Below are positions 55,314-64,000 of a stretch of 64,000 nucleotides of DNA, one piece after another. The notes below the pieces were generated by a model. It searched no databases. It saw nothing but the letters and a program-made list of their open reading frames with translations, and had not been told where the DNA came from. Every line of letters begins with the position of its first letter. Position 1 is the first letter of the stretch. The DNA is taken from NCBI GenBank assembly GCA_028534125.1, contig CM052817.1:100690001-100754000 (forward strand), given 5' to 3'. Source of the DNA: Lama glama (taxonomy: Eukaryota). The translations under genes and the position numbers were made by a program.

Positions 55314-56533
55314 CCTCTACACAATGAGATGTCAGAGGCAGCACAAACTTCTCCAAGAACCATTTCTAACGTAAGTGAATTGGGCCGCTGCTAGCCTAGG
55401 TGTGGGCTATGGGGTTATCTGGTGTCAACACACACAAACACAAATGCACACCTTAAAGCTCTTTAATCATCCCACATCAATCCCAAAGTTGTCAAGGAAA
55501 AGCACATGAGGTTACCACTCCCAACTACCAGAGTCCCACCTTCCCCACTGTCTTTTCTAGTAAATTACATTAACCCAAAAAGGCTGCCCTTCAAGGTTCA
55601 CTGGAACATGACTTCACTTGCATGAAAAATGTTGTGGAAAATAGAGGGTGAGGAGAGAAGGCACTCATATGGCATCTGTTCCAGAACCACCTTAGATCTA
55701 GCTCCCTGTCTAAATAGCTCTTCCCCCAGAAGGTCCTGTCATTTGAATTATCACTCCTAAGAAGAGGTCAAAGAAGCTACTAGGGAGATAATGAATTCGA
55801 ACACAAAACAGTGTGGATATTATAGATTCCTTACCTCACAATCCTTAATTCTTGTTTGAATCAACACTAAATTCTAGGCTTCACCACAGAAATTTAAAAA
55901 TTGTTTTAAATTTTTTAAAATCAGTCTTCCAGTGTCTCATGCTTCAAAGATGTCAGGATTTTTTCTCATGCCAAGTTGGTTTTTGTTTGTTTGTTTTTTA
56001 ATAAAAAGATTTTCTAAAAGGCATTTTCAGCACTGCTGTGCCAACACAGGGATATCCCCTCCATTGTATGGGACACAAAGACACACACCAACTGCGGAGC
56101 AGGGGAAGCAGCCTTCTTTGCCAGCTATTTTTAGCCCTACTTCGTCATGTTAAAGACCAAACTTAGTATGATAATGAAGGGCAAAGTTTAAAAACATGAA
56201 TTTGGTGAAACAGATCTGTCCTTTTATCTATAAACTCCTTAACAGTGAAATCCTATATATTCTTCTGAACTTAACCTCAAGGGACCTATATACCCTACAA
56301 AAAGCTTGTTGGTGGTTTCAAAAATAATCATATGCCCTGAGACCGGCTGTTTCTCCCTTTTCAACTTCAACTCTTACTCACTTTTAAAACATCTATTTTA
56401 GGGAGAGTCCATCCATTCTCTGTTCTTACAAGATTTTTGCTAACTTTAATAGATTCCCCTCCCCCCAAGTAAAAATACCCATTTTTCAGCTGTTTACTCT
56501 CCATCAGTACTCTCAAGAAACCTTAATACTTTG

Positions 56534-56666
56534 TAGCTCACGATGAAAAAGAATGCAACAATGAATATATGTATGTTCATATATGGCTGAAAAATTGCGC
56601 CCTACACTGGAAATTGACACAACATTGTAAACTGACTATAACTCACTAAAATAAAATTTAAAAAAA
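56534..56666 (+). mobile_element. Young 5'-truncated camelid-type L1 3' end with perfect 19-bp TSD
   Basis: aagaaaccttaatactttg at 56515-56533 and 56667-56685; A-rich tail. Confidence 0.92.
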
Positions 56667-59400
56667 AAGAAACCTTAATACTTTGATAATGACTCCCTAC
56701 TCTACATTTTCAGGGTATTATTCATTATTTTACTGTCTTGAGATTAAACTGGTATCCAACGTTAATCCTAGAATTTAATGTCCAAAGCAAAGTCCACTGC
56801 CTCATTTCTGATTTAGCTTTTATAAGAAGCCACTAGCACCATACTAATATATTGGAAGCACCTTCTTTTTCACCCTTCCATCTGTATCACTCTTCAATGA
56901 CCATGGTATAAAAATGTAAGTTCACTAGAAAAACAAAATCCTAATCCAGGTATAATGTCTCTTGGCTTAAAATACAATTTCTCCTCAGTGGTCTAAAACT
57001 ACCCTCTCAGGAACATTGTTCTCAATTGATTCTTTGAGCTGAAACATGTACCCACACAAACACAAACTGACCCTAAAGCCTACTCAACTTCCTTTTGAAT
57101 TCCCACCAAGCTAACTTCCTAATTACATCTGCTCCTCACATTCTCCAGTTCCAAAAGTCTTAAACACTTTATCTCTACCTGCTATTTTCTTCCTAAAAGA
57201 CACCTTCCGCTGGCTCAAACACTCCAATATGTTCTATATAGTCGAATATCAACATTTCCCCAATGAAAAATGTACAAACACATTCACATCTATAAGGTAC
57301 CAAACAATATTTCCAATATAGTGGTCACAGAAAACCGGTCCATTCCCCTTTTCCCACAGTTTTGTGCAATTTGGGTATCATTGCCTCTGCCACTCATAAG
57401 GAAAAGTACCTCAAAGGTAGGGACCCCCAAACACTTTATTTCTTTGCTACCCAAATATACAATAAAACATTGTCATGATTTTTGACCAATCTATAGCCAA
57501 AGCAATAAGTCTTAAAGTTAGTAAGCAACTCCGATGGAATATAATTTACACTCAAACTAGTTTGGTAGTCTGTCCACCCTTCCTCCCCCAAAAAACAGCC
57601 TATGCAAGACTAGATTTATCTTTCTATCTTTGTGAAACATGGGATACGTGACTTCCTCAAGATTACAAAATATCAGATCCATCCAGCAGCATTTGTCTTT
57701 GATTCCACATCCAACATTACATCCACTACTCAAAAGTTTAATGTCAGTACCTACGTAAAATAGACAGAATTTAAGATTCCTAACAAAAGCATAACAAGAA
57801 CAAGGCATATAAAGAAAAAACAAAACAGCTGGAGAAGTTCCACAGGAGGGCAAAGTGATCAAAGGGATGGAAGAAATTATTCTCAAACAGACAAAAGAGT
57901 CAGGAAAGATGATGGTAAAGAGGAACAATGAAAATCTACAAAACCAAGAAAAGACGAACTCCAGCCTGTTCTAGCATTTCTCAAAACACAAGCTCAGGAT
58001 GTTTCCTGGAATTTTAAAGAGACAGGTTTGGGACAAATAAATGAATTGTTAATAAACAAATGGAAAAAAATTGTAGAATTCATTACTTCAAAAGAAAACA
58101 GTACAGGATAAAAAGTGTTCGGGAAAGTTTTAAATGAGTTTAATCAAGATCCTGAATGGAAAAGTTAGCACAGATAACCCCAGGCTTACATTCATTCCAC
58201 AGAGCCTCTCTCAGCATTGGGTTCAGAATGTAAGCCCACACAGTTGTCTCGAGGGACCGTAATTCTCAGTATAGTGCTGTCTGTGTTGTTATATAAAATT
58301 CCACCCTATGCTTAACCCTTAAGGTCTGTATAAATATATGAAATGTTGATTATTTTCCTGCACCTTAATTTAGCACTCTGAGAGGATACCTAAAACACAA
58401 ATCAAAGATTCTATAGACTTCTCCTTTAAAATAACAGAAAGGGAAAAAGTCATCCTTATTTGATAGAAAAGACAATCCAAATAAGCAAAGTCACAAGTTA
58501 TTCCACCAATAAAAAAGTGCTATCGATTAGGACATATGCTATTTAAAAAAAAATATTTGGGTAAGGAAAAATGTAATACCATTTTAATAAACTGGTTAAA
58601 GTACTGAATGCTCTCCCCCAAATCAGGTGTGATTCCTAAGAATTCCGAATTTCCTTAGTAATTGATACTTGTTACCGTGTCCTTCTGATACACAGGAACT
58701 GCACCCAGGAAATGAGAAGGTAAAAAAAAGAAAAAACCAAAAAACACTCCTGTACTAAAATGAAAACTCTCAAGGAAGACTGCAGGAAAACAAAGGAATT
58801 TTAATTTCAGAGGCTCCCATTTGGGAACCCAAATAGGAGTTGCTCAGAAACAAAAACTACAGCGCTGTTTCCCACCCGGTGTACCAGGAAAAGCTACATA
58901 CACTGAGACGTCCTCTGTGCGCACATATGCTCTGGTTTCCTCAATTTCCTTTTGCCAATTACTGGCCAGAAATGTACAACTCTGGGGAAAGACAGAATTC
59001 CTCGAAAAGAAACCTGCAGGCTTGCGTATCACACGCAGAGAGGTAAAAGGTTACAAAACACAGGACTGCCTGATGCCTTCTCCCCGCAGTGAGGACTCAG
59101 GTATCCCGCACATCTATACACTCCCAGCACTCCGGAGAAACATCGGCAAAACTCTGGAGAACGCACCGGCATCCTCCCCCTCTCTACCCCTCAATTCCCT
59201 TTCCCGGGGCCACTCACACTTTAGAGAAGAGCTGGAGCGCTGAAAGTGGGTTGGTTCCCTTCCTCCTCGGGACGGAGGCGGTAGCTGCGGCAGGCTCCGG
59301 AGCGTTACTGAGGAAGAAGCGGGGCTGGTATCGCTAAGCCGGGCGGCCACCCGGGTCTCTTCCGCGCCGCCGGAGCACAGGAGGCGGAGGTCCCGCTTAC

Positions 59401-59830
59401 CTCCTCTTTTCCTCTTCCTGGGTCTCTTCAGGCTGAGTGTTCGGCCCGTCCCGGGCCACTTGTCCCCGGATAGTCACGTTTGGGAGGCTCCGGATTTTGT
59501 TTTTATAAAGTTTCCTCTGGGCGGAGGCTGCGGCCGGCCCCCCGGGTCCCCCCCGGCCCCGCCGCCCTCGGGGCTGGGGCGGGGGAGGGGGCTCTAAGAA
59601 CTCCTCCCGGAGTCCTGCCGAGGAGCCGGGGGGCCGGCGACCGCCCAAGGGAGAAGACCCCCCCGAGGGGGTAGAGGGGAGGGGGGAGGGAAGGAAAAGA
59701 CGGCGGCGCCGGTCCTGCTGTCCCCGCCGCCCCGGCCGCCGCTTCACATCGGGGTCCCCGCCCCCCCGACTGGGGGGTGGTGGCCGAGCCTGGGGTCTCG
59801 GCTCATACACTCCGGGGCGAGATGCTACGG
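59401..59830 (-). other. Candidate first exon 1b (or extended exon 1) of minus-strand gene; 5' end unknown
   Basis: Strong donor GAG|GTAAGC at 59401/59400 near the island edge. Confidence 0.7.
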
Positions 59831-60015
59831 CCCCGGGCGGGTGGCCGAGGCGGCGGCGAGGTGGGGGACCCGGCCGGCTCCGCTCGGCGCCGCCCCCGCT
59901 CCCGGCTCCCGCATGTGTCGCTGCGGCTGGGACCCCCTCCCTCCACCTTGGGGGTCCCTCGCCCCTCGCCCCGGGAGGAGACAGAAGCTCCGGCCCCTCC
60001 TCAGCGTCCTCTCAC

Positions 60016-60300
60016 CGCGGAGCCGCTGACTAGTCCCGGCCCGAGGTAGCCGCCTCCCTGCCCCCAAGCCGCCGGCTCCGGCTCGGGCTCGGGCTCCGGC
60101 GTGTGCAGCCGCCGCTGCCGGCCGGGAAGGTGAGGGGGGGAGAAAAGGGGTGGCCGCGGCTCCCGGTGGCCCGGGTTAGGGCGGAGGTCTCGGCGGCGTC
60201 CAGTGTACGGGGGCTGGGTCTCTCGGATGCTCCCTCGCGCTCACGCTCTCGGCGGCGGCGGTAGCAGCGCCCGGAGCTCAGCTCGCTGACTCGCTCGCTC
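60016..60300 (-). other. Candidate first exon 1a (5' UTR) of unnamed minus-strand gene; 5' end approximate
   Basis: GC-rich leader ending in donor GCG|GTGAGA at 60016/60015; no ATG seen. Confidence 0.55.
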
Positions 60301-60359
60301 AGTGCGGGGCTCTCGCCTCACTCCAGAGAGAGGGGCGGGAGGAAAGCGGCGCGGACCGA

Positions 60360-60380
60360 TGACGTAAGTCACCTAGCAAC
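60360..60380. promoter_or_regulatory. CRE/ATF-like site (TGACGTAA, 60360-60367) abutting an RFX X-box (GTCACCTAGCAAC, 60368-60380)
   Basis: Motifs read directly; the X-box fits the consensus GTNRCC-N(0-3)-RGYAAC exactly. Confidence 0.7.
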
Positions 60381-60499
60381 CGCTCTCTTCCCCCCTCCCT
60401 TTTCTTTCCGCTCGGAGGCTTCCTCCGCTGGCCTTTTTTCCTCTTTCCAACCACCCCGCCCTGGGCGCCTCTGGCGCGCACTGATGACGCTCGGAGGGA

Positions 60500-60774
60500 A
60501 GAGGAAGTTGGGCTCGGCGAGCGGGTGGGTGCGCCTCGGGCCGCGGGAGTCGCCGCGGCTGCTGCCGCCGCCTCTACGGCCGCGTCAGAACTGAAGAGAG
60601 GAAGGGGAGGAGCCGAGTGGAGCCTAAGCTGCCGCCTGATCTTACCCCTGACCCGAGGGCGGCGGAGAGAGCTTGCTCCGTAGCGGTTTCCTTCAGAGCA
60701 GGTGGTGACTGCTCCTTGGCGAGCAAGGAGGAGGCCCAGGCCGGGCAGCCCGCTCGGGCGCGCACCACCCGAAG
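60500..60774 (+). ncRNA. Candidate first exon of a divergent plus-strand transcript (lncRNA or 5' UTR); start approximate
   Basis: Donor AAG|GTGAGG at 60774/60775; possible acceptors at 61367 (cttttcctacag) and 63930 (ttgctttgtattttatag). Confidence 0.45.
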
Positions 60775-62709
60775 GTGAGGCATTTGGCCCCAAACAGGCC
60801 TTTCAAAAGCCCGACTGAGCGAGAAGTTATCTTTCAGCTTGATCCCCGGCACCTGCTCCGGGGAGCGAGAGCCCCACCCTTTCCCTGGTGTGAGGCGAGA
60901 CCCAGCGGCCAATAACTTGTGGTCGGGCGGAGCAAATGTTTGATGAATGAATGAATGCCTCCTTCACTCCCGGAGCTCAGAGGAGTTTGATGGAAGTGCA
61001 AGCGCTTTGTAAACTGCGTAGCATTGTACAGATGAGAGTTGTAATACATCCCTCTTCCCCCTGTTCTCTACTCCAAAGAAAACAGGGGATGAGGCTTCCG
61101 TGAGCAGTCACAACCTGAGTCTTTAGTGAAAGAGGCAGATTGCTGGGACGAGGGAAGGGAGTCATCCTCCCGGAGAGTGGAAGGATTTTTGACTTTTTCA
61201 GAAAGAGAATTTAGTAGTGCCTCCCTTTGAGAAGGCATTCTTGCTTGTGGTTTGGAGCTTTGGAGAATTAATACAGATTGTTAATCAGTGTACATTACCT
61301 TCAAGAAAAAAATTTTGGCCTATGTTTCAGATAAATGTTATTACTCTTTATGCAGCTTTTCCTACAGATGTTATCCTGGAAAGTAAATTCAAGTAAAAAC
61401 TCGTGAAGTTGAAAGCGTGGTTTTCTAGGAAAAGAAATTTTAAGATAAAAGGACCAGATTCCTCAGAAATCTGTCTCGAACCTGTCCTGGTGAATAATGT
61501 GAGACTGAGATCAAAGCAACGTGATGAAAGGAAGCAGATTCCATAATTCTGTCTCTGGACCCCGGCACGCCATACGTCCTCTGGAAGCGGCAGTAGCGGA
61601 TATTGCAAGTCTTTCCAACTCGGAATAAGCAGCAAGTTTTTGCAGACAGATCTGGGGAATTCAAGGTTTCTGCCCCTACTGCCACCACATATGCAAATAG
61701 TAGACCAAGGAAACCTCTAACTGGATAATTCCAAGGGCTCATTTTTACTGAAATGCTGCAGAAAAAGTGATGGGAGGGGGGAGACGGATGTTGCAGAAGC
61801 AAGAAGAGACTCACAAAGTATAACCTGCCCAGCTGCCCTTCATCCAGAGTTCTAAGAGCCAAGTTAGCTGTCCTACTTAAGCTACCCTTAATTTGATTTG
61901 ACTTTTCATGACCAATCCCTGCCATGTCCTTCCAAATAAGACTAACAGGGAATCAGACCAGCAAGCAATGGCCTCACATGGCTACAAAATAAATCGTTTT
62001 TGATTTTGCCCCTCTTCCTAATTTTTTTATGGAAATTGAAGGAGTAAAATACACAGATTTAGGGGATTCTGTAAAGCTGAGCACCTCAGCTTTTAAGTTC
62101 TGTGGGCTTTGGTGGAAAAGAGTGCAAACATCAGAGCTCTGCAGCCCAGCAGAGGATGCCTCCAGAAAAGTGTGACCACTTGGGGCTCTTCTGCATACTG
62201 GTCTGTTTCACTGTCAGTGGCTCCACCCTAGAACCTGGGTGCTGAGAGCCCCTCAGCCACCTACTTACAAAGCTACAGCTGCGCTAGTTTACTAGGCAAG
62301 ATCCACCCACTTCACCACCCAGTATGATAACTGGAGGAAACAGCTGGAACTGATGACTGCAGAGAAGGAAGTCCGTACATTTCCAACTTGATCAGCATCT
62401 CTTTAGTTCTTTTACTTATTAATCCAGAGAAGAAAACAGCTAGTTCATTCAAAATTCAAAAAAATCTGAGGTTTTAGGTAACAGTTCTCTCCCTGGATCA
62501 TCAGTTTATGATAAAGATCCACATACTACATTAGAACATAACAAAAGGATGTTTGTGTAGGATTTTCTCCTACACCAAAAAGTGAGCTCTTATGAGAAAC
62601 TATTTAATCCGTTTCTTTATCCCACATCAGTTTTTACTGTCAAAGATTTCATAAGCTGAATTTTCTAGCAAAATTTCTTTCCAGATATTCCATCTACAAT
62701 ATTCAACTA

Positions 62710-63560
62710 CTTTTTATTTTTAATTGTGCATTTTTATTGTGAAATAAACATCAAAATGCATAAGGCAGTTATTCCATATAATGACTAATTATAAAAGAAA
62801 CCTCCGTGTGACCAACCAGATCAAGAAATGGAACACTGCCAGCACCCCAGAAGTCCCCCGGTGACCTTCCTGAACACAACTCTTTCCCTCCCTTTTAGAG
62901 GTAACCATTATTCTAACTTTTGTGATAACCATTTCCTTGTTTTTTTCTCTATTGTTTTATCACAAGCATGCATCCCTAAATCATATATGTTTGGTTTTGT
63001 CCTTTCTTTTGGAACAACATAATATGTAACCTGTTGTGCTTACTACTTTTGCTCAACATCATTTTTAATCCATATGTTGTTTGGGTTGTTCATATAAATG
63101 TAATTTGTTCATTTTAATTGCTGCATATTACAGTGTTTCATTGTAGCAATATGCCATAATTTATTTAGCCATTCTATTGTTGATGGATATCTGGGTTGTT
63201 TCCAGTCTGGGACTTTTACGAACGGTGTTTTAAATATACTTTATATATTCCATCACATCTATATGAGTTTCTGTATGGTATATACCTGGGAGTGGTTATG
63301 TGTACTATAAATTTGAATGAATAATGCCAAGCTGCTTTCTAAAGTGTTATACTCACACCAGCTGTGTATGAGCCTCATTGCTTCACACCCTCAGCCACAT
63401 TTGGTATAGTCAGTCCTTTCAGCTTTGCCAATCTGGTGGGTGTGTAGTAGTAAATCACTGTGGTTTTAACTTGCATTTCCTTGATTACTGATGCTGTTGA
63501 GGACTTTCTCATATATCAGCTAGCCATTTGGGCTGCTGCTTTTGTGAAGTGGGTTATCGT
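62710..63560 (-). mobile_element. Old L1M (MC/ME-like) 3' fragment
   Basis: ttttattgtgaaataa ... ccagatcaagaaatggaacactgccagcacccc ... gggttgtttccag ... ttgcatttccttgattactg. Confidence 0.88.
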
Positions 63561-64000
63561 TTTCATGCCTAACCTCTAAGATGCCCGATTCTCCAATATC
63601 CTTTTATAGTCCACATTTGAATAATATATTTCGGGTAAGGTAATGCTACCAGATGAGTTATATTTAAGACACGGTCTTTCCAAAATAAGAACAATTATTC
63701 TGCCTAATTATCTCTTTATCATTTTGATAATAAGCTTCTTAAAAATAGAACTATGAGACTATATTTTTTACATTCCAAAATAATGCTATGCTTTCAACTA
63801 TTAAATTGTTGCTGGAATCCCTCATGGTGGTTTGGGGTTTGTGACTTGGTTTCCCTCAAAAATGTAAAGTTGGTATTTCTTCTCTTGGAATCTGTGTAAC
63901 TGAACTCTGTTATTGCTTTGTATTTTATAGGCAACTATGTAACAAATTATTTCACCAGCACAAATTTTTTTTCATTTTCGAGTTTCATTCATTTTGTAAA

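Larger units (their letters stand above)
59150..60950. promoter_or_regulatory. CpG island / probable bidirectional promoter
   Basis: Abrupt shift to very GC- and CpG-rich sequence in an otherwise CpG-depleted window; GC box GGGGCGGGA 60332-60340, ETS-like GAGGAAGTTG 60501-60510, CCAAT near 60909; splice donors point outward on both strands. Confidence 0.95.

Noticed and set aside
55835..55875. Strong minus-strand donor GAG|GTAAGG
   Set aside because: No convincing acceptor nearby.
1..60300. Assigning a gene symbol to the minus-strand gene
   Set aside because: No recognisable coding exon in the window, and many genes share this long-first-intron, small-UTR-exon layout; a BLAST search is needed.
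58821..61925. Many overlapping Pro/Arg/Gly-rich ORFs around the island
   Set aside because: Expected from high GC; several start at TTG/GTG; no recognisable domain. Only the 59401-59810 frame is kept as a lead because of its splice phase.

Overview
AT-rich mammalian DNA, most likely camelid: it carries tRNA-Ala-derived Vic-1-type SINEs and artiodactyl-type L1 3' ends. A CpG island at about 59.15-60.95 kb looks like a bidirectional promoter. Everything to its left reads as the 5' part of a minus-strand gene that I cannot name. That gene has one or two GC-rich first exons (donors at 60016 and 59401), a very long repeat-rich intronic region, and small candidate internal exons at 44081-44122 (42 nt), 2968-3015 (48 nt) and possibly near 47.2 kb. 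To the right there are signs of a divergent plus-strand spliced transcript. I recognise no intact protein-coding exon. The ORF-track entries are chance frames or transposon fossils (L1, L2, MIR, MaLR, near-full-length Tigger1 and Charlie5-type elements, MER5/20/33/58). The best leads are an ATG-less reading frame that stays open across the first exon and both micro-exons, several AG|GT recursive-splice-like sites on the transcribed strand, and an abutting CRE + RFX X-box at the promoter core. None is demonstrated to be a new system. Repeat family names and boundaries are from recall of consensus sequences and are approximate.
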